From: Kudoa neothunni
Taxonomy: Eukaryota > Animalia > Cnidaria
NCBI GenBank assembly: GCA_964304625.1
Contig: OZ199839.1
Coordinates: 6,589,686 to 6,613,926 of the forward strand
Reading direction: 5' to 3'
DNA length: 24,241 nucleotides
Part shown: piece by piece, positions 1 to 10,908 of the stretch
Position numbering within the stretch: the first letter of the stretch is position 1
Layout of the letters: every line of letters starts with the position of its first letter
The notes under the pieces: model-generated
What the model saw: only the letters and a program-made list of their open reading frames with translations
Database searches by the model: none
What the model was told of the DNA's origin: nothing
Position numbers and translations under genes: made by a program

Positions 1-1230
1 ACAAAGGAACATTTAAAGTAACTCCAGTTGACGTATAATCCGATAGTAAGGTTCCACCAGCAGCAGTAGTTTCTGTGACAACTATGAAAAGATTAAAAAA
101 ATGTGATATATATCAACTACCAAATTTATCCTGAACATATCCAAGGTATGTTTCCTCAATTTTTGCTAGTGGTACATGTCTTGTTTGAATCAATATTTGA
201 ACCAGAGATTTATTAGGTTCAAATGCAAGCTCCACATTATTGCATGGTGCATAACAATCTTTTAGGGCCGATCCACAGTTCGATTTATAATCATTTTTGC
301 TTGCGCTTGTAATTTGTGCCTTTTGATCTTTTATACTGAAGCGGCATATTCGAAGGGGAATTTATTTGTAAATTTTAATAAATACTTATTTTTTTCAGTT
401 GAGCTGTAGGTAACATAATATTGCGGTTGATAAACATCAATTTTGGTTAATGTATATTTATTTTGAAAGTTTGTAAAAGAAACTGGGATAGTTTTCACAT
501 CTCATTTCATAGTGTGGGATCATTAAATCAAACTCAACTTCATTTGCAGTATTCGCATTGATACAATTACTTCCTACTGCTCCTTCTACATACTTTACAT
601 CGTTGTAAAATATGGGGCATTTAACTCGTTTACATGTAATTGTGCTCAGTTTCAATTTACGTACATTTGTGGTTATAGTAACTTGTGGATTCACCAATAA
701 TGCTATAGAAAATATATCAACTATTTAATGTCATTTAAGTACGCAATTCGAGTCCAAATACAGCTCCACCTGACTCTTCTCCTTAACATCCTGAGCTGCA
801 GTACCACTGAAAACAGAAATATACTTAGTTCTTGGGGAAAATTTGTCAATTCTAATTTATTGTCATCTCCGACACAAGTCCTAACGCATTTTTGAGGAGC
901 ATTTTCCGTATCACCATTAGGGCACACAGTAATATCTGCCCAATCACTGTCTTGGTCGTTCGATTTTTTAATGTAACATTTTTTGGAATCTGAATATTCA
1001 GTGCCACTTAATACTAAATTAACTTTAAATTTAGTTTGCCCATTCGCTTCCTCCTTCACAAGCTTATAAGTCAGTGAGTTTGTATTAACGGAGAAGTTTG
1101 TGACTGTGCTTGTGAATATATGAGAGTAAATTGAGCTATATGATATTTTAAACGATATTTCAAGTTCTATATAATTACAAAAAAGGACAGTATAAGTTCT
1201 TAGGAAAGAAACCATATTTCTCATCGTCAT
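1..1230 (-). CDS. Cys-rich FN3-like surface protein, tandem copy 1 (5' part; runs off the left window edge; frameshifted as assembled)
   Basis: ATG at 1230 opens a signal-like N-terminus, MTMRNMVSFLRTYTVLF|SQFTLIYSQ. GT-AG introns at ~1136-1178, ~703-742 and ~82-121 match copy 2. The copy is collinear with 4737-5957. 1-bp indels near 1089, 838, 783, 467 and 349 break the frame. Confidence 0.8.
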
Positions 1231-1465
1231 CTATATAATATATAAAATCGATAGCTTTCGTTCTATATAAAAATAAAAATTCTATTGGCATACAATTTAT
1301 GTATACGGGATTATAAACTCGGTGTATAACCTAGTTCATTATCAATATAAATAAAATGGGGTTGATATTAGAAACAAATTAAATAATATTATTATGTTAA
1401 TTTATATTCTTTCAAGTTCAATAAAAAAGTTGGTGTAATTTAATTTTTGAAATATTGAATTAATT

Positions 1466-1487
1466 TATATATATATATATATATATA
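1466..1487. repeat. (TA)n microsatellite
   Basis: About 11 TA units; only about 5 at the paralogous site near 6196. Confidence 0.9.
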
Positions 1488-3077
1488 ACTTTAGTAGATC
1501 AAAATTTATTTATCATTCACGTAAATTTTGAAATTATATATGACACTAAAAACATCCATTTAATCGTTTTATTATTTTAGTTTTGTTAAAAATATATTTA
1601 TTAAGTCGGACGTCAATTTTTTTTATGGGGGTCAAAATATTTGTAATATATTTCATTTGATTTTAATTTATATTAATTAGCATGAATTAAATATTATATA
1701 GATTTAACAAAATATAATTTTTCATTAATTTTAGACAATATGTAACTGCAAAAATATTAAATTTATTGAAAAAAATATAATTTAAACTAATAAATACGTC
1801 TTATATAATTTGTGGCATGTTTGATTTTAGGAATACTTTTTTTCTCGATTCAATTTGATTTCAATCTATTCTAATTTATTATAATTGATTCATGTATAAT
1901 ATATAATGATGACTAATTATCTCAAGGATTCGATTAATTTTAAAACTTTAGAGTAAGTAAAAATTTGGTTACTGATTAACTATAATTAAAAATACATGGA
2001 TATAATTTTCAGATAATGTTACATAAAAGTTAAGTGAACGAAACAAATAATAATAATAATAATAATACACATTACGTTAATACAAAACAGCACATAGAGC
2101 AGTTTTAATGTCTACCTTTAGAAAAATTAAATAACGTTGATCTCACTACTACTTTAATACAATAATTTTTTTAAATTTTAAACCTCGATTCTTTATTTTT
2201 CAATCCTACTTCCTTCAAATAACCGGTACCTGTAAAAATGGGGCTATTAGTCCAATCTGATATAATTTAATCGTTGAATTTCAAAATAAACATGTTCATT
2301 ATTTTTCATTAGCATCACCAATTTTTTTACCTAAATAGTTCTAGCTATAGCATTAATTCATAGTTACCGATTTTAAACTGTTAAACTTAATTCATTAATT
2401 TTCTATAATTTATAGCAGGAAAGTTAAAATAAAATCCTCAAAAAAGATTTTTTAATAATCAAAAATTATTTTAATTATTCCAAATAATAAAATGAAGTAG
2501 ATATTTATATTGACTAAAATTATATTAATTGAAAATCTAAAAATTCATTAATATATAAATTAAATCAAAGTATATACAGAATATAACCGACATTTTCATG
2601 AAGAAATTTCCACCTTTCACTTAATATTTCTTCTATTATTCGTCATTAATTTTTAAAATATTATAAAGTTGCTTTTGTAATAATTAATGGTGGTTAAGAC
2701 AAACAGTATTATTGGTACACAAAAATTCATTTAACACAAGTGAAATTCTCGAGACAAAATTCGAAAAGGGTAAATTTAATTTGATCGACCATTGAAAATA
2801 AAAATCCCAATTAATAAACTGAGGAAAAATATGTTGATCGGATGATTTAGTAATTTGGTTATTTTCGTCTAATTTTAATTCAAATCGACTTAAAATTCAC
2901 ATAATAGTTAAATGAATTAAAAAACATCACTGCTCAATTATATGTTTTATCAAATATGCAATGTTTATAGAAGAGTTCGTAAATTTAGCTATTGAAACAG
3001 AAAAAAATTTATTTATAAATTATTAATATTGTCAAAAATATGGTTATTCAAGGACATCGTTTTTTAAAAATAAGAAT

Positions 3078-5957
3078 TTAGTTTTTATTCTTCCAATATC
3101 CAAAATAGAAATCCAGCACCGAGGATAATTATCAATACTGGAACAATCACCCCAACAATTCTATAATGAATAATTAACATAATACATTCCAAATTAGGTA
3201 CATTGTATTTTTCGACCTAAAATAAGTATAAGAAAACATCCTATTATCGTAATTTACGTGGATTTATTTGATTTTTCACCTAGATAAAAAATTTAAAATT
3301 ATTTAATAAAAACTTGACAATTACCTTGTTTGATTTCAGCCGAACCGGAAATATTATTATCTGTACTGGTGAAATAAAACCAATCGGTAATTGGCTGTAT
3401 CCTCAACATTTTCAATTGTGAATTCCTTGCACAATGGAAACACGGAACAACCTCTATCGCCAATAACCATACATTTTTTAACAATTGGTTTAGAAACATC
3501 TGTCCAATCCTCTTAATTCCATTTGCATAACGATGTTACTGCTACACCGGTGGGGAAGAGTAGTTGATATGTGTAAGGTTTTTTCGTCCTCGTGTAATCA
3601 CCGAGATTAATTGTTTGGTAATATCTGCAGTAGGTGTAGGGAATGGATCTAAATAATAAATTAATATCAAATATATATATTGAAAATTTATTACATTTCG
3701 ATATATCAATGGAAGTTTCTTCAGATCTACCAACAGCTGTCACCAAAACTTTATATTCTTTTTCTGCCTCGTATACTTCATGGAATATAATATTTGTGCA
3801 TAAAGGCGGTTGAGCGCATGAGGGAATAGCGGTGTTTGTTTTAGTAGATGTTTCATCCTTTTGCTGTTGACCCTCAGTTGATCTAGCTATTAGTATTTTT
3901 GATGCTGCTTTATTGGGTGAATTCCTATTGTTTATTGATGGAGATGCGGCTGGGCATTGATATATTAAGTCGAATTCTTCCCCCTTCTTTACCTTCACTT
4001 TGTAATGGCAAACTATTGTAGGATCTGGGGTCGACAATGCACCTATCAACTTAAAACCTTTATCCAGAATTGCGACTGGAGTGTAAGCACTGACATTGCT
4101 AGAAAGAAATTTATTAATTTTTATTTCAAATGTTTGGTTACCTGTTTTTATTTGATGTATTTTTGACCCATAATCTTTATGTGCAACAACCTTTAGAATC
4201 ATATTCAGTTCCAGGTGTCAAACCTAAGATATTTTGAGTATCTCTACAATAACCTCTGCATGGATAACTATCTTGACACATCGCACACACATAAACATCC
4301 TTCCCGCGTGGGCTTATATAATAAGCACAAGTAGGGTCTTCTTTTGCACGTGCCCCAGTAACATCTATCGCTTTTATCGATGATGTTGTTTCTGTTGTTG
4401 CTGGGTTTGTTTCCCAAAAAGGATAATGTTGCGCTTTTCACTATATATGAATATTCTAGAATAATATGGCACATAAATTATATACCTGTACGAATAAATA
4501 TATGTTCCTTAAAATTTGCAGGTTTACTGCTTGAATTAGATGATGCGATTTCAAGAATATATGGCTTACCATTACTGGAGTTGCTTAATTGTTAATGCTG
4601 TGGTACAGCCGTTGTCACATACCGTGTCGCTGGAATCATTACATTTAGCTCTTCCAGCAGGAGCAAGTACAGGTTTATCGGCTTCATAATAATTTACAGT
4701 ACAAGATGTGAATACGGGTATTTCCTTCTGGCTTAAACAAACCAACATTTAATGTAACTCCAGTAGACCGTATAATCCGATAGTAAGGTTCCACCAGCAG
4801 CAGTAGTTTCTGTGACAACTATGAAAAAATTAAAAAAAGATGTGATATATATCAACTACCAAATTTATCCTGAATATATCCAAGGTAATTTGCACCAGTT
4901 TTTTCTAATGGTACATGTCTGTTTGAATCAATATTTGAACAACCAACTTAGAAGGTTCAAACGCAAGCTCCACATTATTACATGGTGCATAACAATCTTT
5001 TTGGGCCGAACCACAGTTCGATTTATAATCATTTTTGCTCGTGGCTGAAATTTCTTCAGTGTGATCTCTTATACTGAAGCGGCATATTTCGAAGGGGAAT
5101 TTATTTGTAAATTTTAATAAATACTTATTTTTTTCAGCCGAGCTGTAAGTCAAATAATATTGTGGTTTGTAAACATCAAATGTTGTTAAAGTATATTTAT
5201 TCTGAAGTTTGTAAAAGAAACTGGGATAGTTTTCACATCTCATTTCATAGTGTGGGATCATTAAATCAAACTCAACTTCATTTGCAGTATTTGCATTGAC
5301 ACAATTACTTCCTACTGCTCCTTCTACATATTTTACATCGTTGTAAAATATCGGACATTTAACATTTTTACATGTAATGGTGCTCAATCTCAATTTACGA
5401 TCATTTGTGGTTATAGTAACTTGTGGATTCACCAATAATGCTATAGAAAATATATCAAACATTAAATATAACATTATTACGTAATTCGAGACCAAACACA
5501 GCTCCACCTGTGTCATTTCCTTGATTGTGTCAACTTGATCACCAGTGAAAACAACAACATATTTTGTTCTCGGGGAAAGCTTATCAAATTCTAATTTATT
5601 GTCATCTCCGGCGCAAGTCCTAACGCATTTTTGAGGAGCATTTTGCTTATCATCATTGGGGCATGTACTAATATCTTCCCAATTATTTTCTAGACCATTA
5701 GACTTTCTAATGTAGCATTTTTTTGATTGAGGATAATCATCGCCACGTAATATTAAATTACCATCAATTTCGTTTGCTCCTTCACAAGCTTATAAGTCAG
5801 TGAGTTTGTATTAGCCAGAGTAGTTTGTGGCTGAACTTGTGAATATATGATAGTAAATTGAGCTATATGATATTTTAAATAAAATTTCAAGTTCTTTATA
5901 TTTACAAAAAAGGACAGTATAAATTCCTAGAAAAGAGACCAAATTTTTCATCGTCAT
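3078..5957 (-). CDS. ~850-aa type I membrane protein: signal peptide, several Cys-rich FN3-like domains, C-terminal TM helix, very short tail (tandem copy 2; frameshifted as assembled)
   Basis: ATG at 5957 (MTMKNLVSFLGIYTVLF|SQFTIIYSQ). Eight GT-AG introns: 5863-5905, 5441-5480, 4819-4859, ~4456-4491, 3649-3694, 3280-3324, 3217-3257, 3161-3201. FN3-like L-x-P-x-T-x-Y motifs: DKLSPRTKYVVVF, GLTPGTEY..LKVVA; also EAEKEYKVLVTAVG. Last exon reads IIVGVIVPVLIIILGAGFLF, then a stop within 5-7 codons. ORF-track entries 4905-5516, 4268-4474, 3513-4202, 3542-3733 and 3299-3499 overlap pieces of it. Confidence 0.8.
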
Positions 5958-7475
5958 TTGTGTACTATATAATATCGATAGCTTTCGTTCAAATGTAAAA
6001 AATAAAAATCCTATTGGTATACAATTTACGTATACAGGATTAGTAACTCGGTGTATAACTTAGTAATTACCAATATGATGGATATTGGTTTAAAATTAGA
6101 ATAAATTTAATAATAATAATAATACGTTAATTTATTTTCTTTCAAGTACAAGAAGAAAGTTGATGTAATTTGATTTTTGAACTATTGAAATAATTTATAT
6201 ATATAGACTTAAGTAAATTTCATATTGTGTAACTACCTCTAGCTAACGCACGGTTATACTCTTTTTAGTTTCTAAATGATAATAATAACAAACGGGAATA
6301 TTCCTAGGTTTTGTTTCATTTACGAATTTAAGTGAGTAATCTTCATTATAAAGTTTACCTTTATTTTGTGAATAAAATTTAATTATAATGATTTAGATTT
6401 GGGCAGTATATTCTTAATCATATAATATAATGAATTAATTATTTTTAGTCTAGTTAAAAATATATTTCTCAAGTCGGATGTCAATTTTTTCTTATTAAGG
6501 GATCAAAATATTTTTAATATATTTCAATTGATTTACATTTATATTAATTAGCTTGAACAAAATATTATATTAATTTATCAATATATAATTTTTTATTAAT
6601 TTAAGACAATATGTAACTGCAAAATTATTTAATTTATTGCAAAAAATATAATTTAATCTAATAAATACGTCCTAAATAATTTTGGATAAGTTTGATTTTA
6701 GACTATTTTTTTTCTCGATTCAGTTTGATTTCAATATATTATAATGTATTAAAATTAATCCATGTACAATATACAATGATGACTAATTAAATCAATAATT
6801 CGATTAATTTTAAAACTTTAGAGTAAAAATTTATTTAAAGATTAACTATAATTAATAATACATTGATATAGTTTTCAGGTTGTGTTACATAAAAGTTGAG
6901 TGAATGAAATAAATAATAATACACATTATGTTAATATAAAACAACGCAGAGCAGTTTTAATGCCTACCTTTAAGAAAAGTTAAATGACGTTAAACTAACT
7001 ACTGCTTTAATACAATAATTTTTATGATATTCCTTAGTTTTCAATCCTACTTCTTCAAATAACCGGTTCCTGTAAAAATTGAGCTATTAGTCCAATCTGA
7101 TATAATTTAATCGTTGAATTTCAAAATAAAAATTTACAATATTTTTCATTAACATCACTTATTTTTTTACCTAAATAGTTCTAGCTATAGCATTAATTCA
7201 TGGTTACCGATTTTAAACTGTTAAACTCAATTCATTAATTTTCTATAATTTATAGCAGGAAAGTTAAAATAAAATCCTCAAAAAAGATTTTTAATAATCA
7301 AAAATTTATTTTAATTATTCCAATGAATAAAATGATGTAGATATTTATATTGACTAAAATTATATTAATTGAAACTCTAACAAATTCATTAATATATAAA
7401 TTAAATCAACGAATATACAGAATATTACCGACATTTTCATGAAGAAATTTCCACCTTTCACTTAATATTATTCTC
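4737..7475. repeat. Tandem segmental duplication, matching part of unit 2
   Basis: Direct repeat of 1-2632; the segments ~2200-2630 and ~7040-7470 are nearly identical. Confidence 0.95.
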
Positions 7476-8916
7476 ATTACAAAATTTACGAGTTTAGATT
7501 AGTAAAATACACTTGTTAATATCGATAATTTTTTAAAGTTTACCGATCCATTAAATTCATATATTAAAGATAAAATCGAATCAATATTTAAACCTTTCTA
7601 GTAACATATAAAATATGAACAACTTAAAAAATAATTATAGAAGTACAAACAATTTCGGTAGAATTTACGATCATTGTGTCACTTTGTACAGTAGGTGACC
7701 ACTCGTTCGTAATCCCCACGTGGATTGATAAATGTAGGAAAAACTGGTCACTGACTAATTTTTCGTACTTTTGGCGCACGCACGCACGCATATAATATTT
7801 TATTATAAAATAAATGTAACAAATCACAATATTGATTGAACTTGAATTATTTTGGTTTTAATAGTTAATACTTTTTTATATTTTTAGCATGCAATCCAAC
7901 CTCGAACAAAATAATAATTTAGTTCTAATTAGGATACCGTGCATCGTTGGAATAATGGATAACATAGAGTGGCGAACGGTAGTAGTCATAGCACTCCTAT
8001 ATGACAAAGAATTAAAATACATGAGTATTTAATATTTGTCTCATATATTTCTGTAATTATATGATTTTTCCATCTCTCATTTTTCTGTAAGTACGAAAAA
8101 ATGGTAGCCATGAAAAACGCGTAAAAAATAATCAAAATTAATCAAATTAGAAAAAATTTTCATTCATTTGATACATTCTATTATAAATTACTATTATATA
8201 TCTTTATAAAAAATTAACGAAGCCTAAATCATTTATCAGTTAAAAATACGAATGAGTCGACCGTAGGAAAAAATGACTCCCCACTGTAATAGACTATAAC
8301 GAGAATAAAACTACGTAATAATCAATTAATCCTATTAGTATTATAATTATGGTTATCGCCGGGGAGCGAGTGACTCGTCATTAACATGAATTTTTAGTAT
8401 TGTAAATTAATTTTTTTCCATCGCTCTCAACATCCAGCACAATCTAATTCGAATTTAATCTAATCCTTATAAAGTTAAAGTAGAACGTGTGGTCTATTTC
8501 AACGTTGATTTTAAGTGTACTAAGTTCACCGATTAAAATTTAATAAACTAGGCGAAATTTAATGCGATAATACGAATTTAAAGATTGATCTATCTAAGGA
8601 CTTGCTTTTTATTATAGCGATAGTCGCCTCTAATCCATCTGGAATACCGGTAGAACTCGCATACCGATATACGGCGAGATATCGGTCACTTGATATTGAC
8701 TAAAATATTATCTACGATTGTCATCATATCGATCCTGGAATAATAATTGATAAACAAGCAACATTGAGAATTAAGCGCTTGGTCATTTAATGAGCTTAAA
8801 TTTTATATTATTATATCGGAAAATTTCGCATTGTTATTTGTTTGAGCCATTGTTGGTTGGTCGTCACATTTTTATGGATCAATTAAAACTGGGCGACAAC
8901 GATATAAAATCGAGAA

Positions 8917-10167
8917 ATGAATAATTCAAAATTAACATCTGATAATGACCTAGACAAATGGTTAATTAAGGATTGTGTGGGGTTCACCTTTGTCACAGTC
9001 ACCCATATGTTGATGCTTTACGGCATAGGATGCATGTTTTATTTTCATCTATTGCCATTGGATGCCAATATGATGAATGTGCTGTTTTTTGTGTTGTTAT
9101 TTGTGGTGTATACGTTTGGTGTTTTGAGTCATCGAAAGGCGATGATAACAAACCCAGTAGAATTTTCTCTCGTTTATCTATTTGTATCCTGATTAAAGGG
9201 AGCATTGCCGATGAACACGTTCAATTTGAATGATTATTCACCCTCAAATATTCCTAAATTTTGCTCGAAGTGTAGCTGTGTAAAAATACCTCATAGTCAT
9301 CATTGCCGGTAAATTTAATTTAATTCATCATTTTTAAATTTCCATTTATAGTGTATGTCAAAGATGTATAAAGTAAAGTTATTTAGTCGATTTTAGTCAA
9401 CTAAATTTATTTAATCCATAGAAAGATGGATCATCATTGTCCTTGGTATAATATTTCATAATGGACGTTTTAAATTTGAAATTATCACATTTTAGGATAA
9501 ATAATTGTGTTGGGGAAAATAATTTGAAATTTTTCCTTCTTTTTTGTGTAATTTATTTGCTACCTTGACAAATAACTATTTACAACAACGACAATAATTA
9601 ATATTATTATTATTATAAATAAATTATTAATACGATATTGTTTAGTTGTATATTTTTCTAATGTCCGTAACAACACTAACCTATTTGACAATCAAACTTG
9701 TCACTATTTCTGAACTCGAAACAGGTGGCCGCTAAGATAAAGAACACATTTTAATTTTTTATCGTAGATTCAGTCAGTATTGATCCAAAGTCGATTATTT
9801 GTACATGTATATTGGCCGTAGAAGCCTTTGTATTCGCATTTTTTACATTGATGATGATCATAACACAGTTAATTAATGTTTTTCAAAATACCACGGTATG
9901 TAGTTGAATGAGAATTTATTGTATAAAGTCTCGTTCATATTTAGTCGATTGGAAAGTTGAAAAAAGAATATTTTATTCGTGGCAATAAAACAAAGTAACC
10001 AATTACTATTCGCAATTAATCGTTAGACCTTCTATTATATTATATTTTTTAGATTTCAAAAACTAACGGACCTTTTCGGGGAACCAATTTCTTACAGATG
10101 GTTACTGCCTGTTGATCCCCCAACATCAACCAAATATAACCAACACATTTCCCCGCTAACTGTGTAA
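8917..10167 (+). CDS. ZDHHC3: DHHC palmitoyltransferase, ZDHHC3/ZDHHC7-like (9 exons)
   Basis: Exons 8917-9156, 9199-9308, 9352-9372, 9422-9445, 9496-9547, 9646-9724, 9768-9895, 9945-9994 and 10053-10167 splice in frame. Product contains [69 protein letters not shown] and a C-terminal LFGEPISYRWLLP, as in the ZDHHC3/7 clade. ZDHHC3 and ZDHHC7 cannot be told apart here. Confidence 0.95.
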
Positions 10168-10257
10168 TTTTGTCGTCCAACCCATTATATATTTTTTAAT
10201 TTTTTTATTGACCAATATTTTACTGTTTCTTTTGCGCATGTGGTATCCTTAAATCCT

Positions 10258-10299
10258 TACTGTTAATTGTTAATTGTTAACTGTTAACTGATAACTGAA
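10258..10299. repeat. Degenerate 7-bp tandem repeat (TGTTAAY) between convergent 3' ends
   Basis: actgttaattgttaattgttaactgttaactgataactgaa, about 6 units. Confidence 0.8.
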
Positions 10300-10384
10300 G
10301 TTAGAGGTGGTGATTATCATTCGCTGCACATAAGACTACTCCAATTTCATAACACATTAAAGATATTTTCGAGAGAGATTAAAA

Positions 10385-10908
10385 TTAATTGAAAGTATAT
10401 CCTTCATTATTATTTGAAGCGAATTGATTGGGAACGGATGTATTTTGGTTCGAGGATCCTTGAGGCGTGTTCATAGCGACACACTTTGAAAGTGCATCAG
10501 CCAACTGTTGACACATGGAACCATCCCCGTACTCTTGTGTGCATTTCACAAAATCTGTGAGTTGAGTCGAGCATGCATTGGCAGCTGGAGTTGATTGGTT
10601 TGTGTTTTGATTATCGGCAGCCATCTCTCGTAGAACTGCATTTTCTCCCGCCAATCTTCCCATCGAGCTTCCCTACATATTTTTTTTTTAAATACCAACA
10701 ATATCATGTGGGCTAATACCATCATGTAAAAGCCCATATTCTGCAAACCGGACAGAATACCACCCATTATCGATGGTTTAGTTGTGGGAGTTGTTGCGGG
10801 AAGTGCTGTATTGTTTTTGGATGATGGTGTGTTCACTGGTGTTGCTTTTTGCAATTTAGGAGTCGATCTGACTCTTCTTGCGCCCATCCCACCTCTACGT
10901 CTTGCCAT
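10385..10908 (-). CDS. CHCHD2: CHCHD2/CHCHD10 (Mix17)-like mitochondrial twin-CX9C protein, 158 aa, 2 exons
   Basis: Exon 10908-10720, GT-AG intron 10719-10673, exon 10672-10385. Arg-rich N-terminus MARRRGGMGARRVRS, Pro/Thr/Ala linker, Gly-rich hydrophobic helix (GGILSGLQNMGFYMMGSSMGRLAG), and C-x9-C...C-x9-C (CSTQLTDFVKC, CQQLADALSKC). Confidence 0.88.

Larger units (their letters stand above)
1..2632. repeat. Tandem segmental duplication, unit 1 (partial)
   Basis: Aligns with 4737-7475 at an offset of ~4.73-4.84 kb, covering exons, introns and ~1.4 kb of 5' flank. Homology ends after CCACCTTTCACTTAATATT. Confidence 0.95.

Noticed and set aside
4380-5048. Plus-strand ORFs 4380-4595 and 4812-5048
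   Set aside because: They are antisense to exons and introns of the minus-strand surface-protein gene and show no motifs.
1-5957. Alternative genetic code or systematic programmed frameshifting to explain the broken ORFs
   Set aside because: Five complete genes translate cleanly with the standard code and TAA stops; the indels include both +1 and -1, mostly differ between copies and share no slippery motif.
7624-7827. 67-aa ORF and (GCAC)3-4 repeat near 7776
   Set aside because: Non-ATG start, no motifs or splice partners; the repeat is a simple microsatellite.
8973-9233. ORFs 8973-9233 (+) and 8999-9205 (-)
   Set aside because: Alternative-frame or antisense shadows of ZDHHC exon 1.
10385-10908. 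Two separate ORFs of 92 aa and 120 aa
   Set aside because: They are two exons of one CHCHD2-like gene joined across a 47-nt intron.
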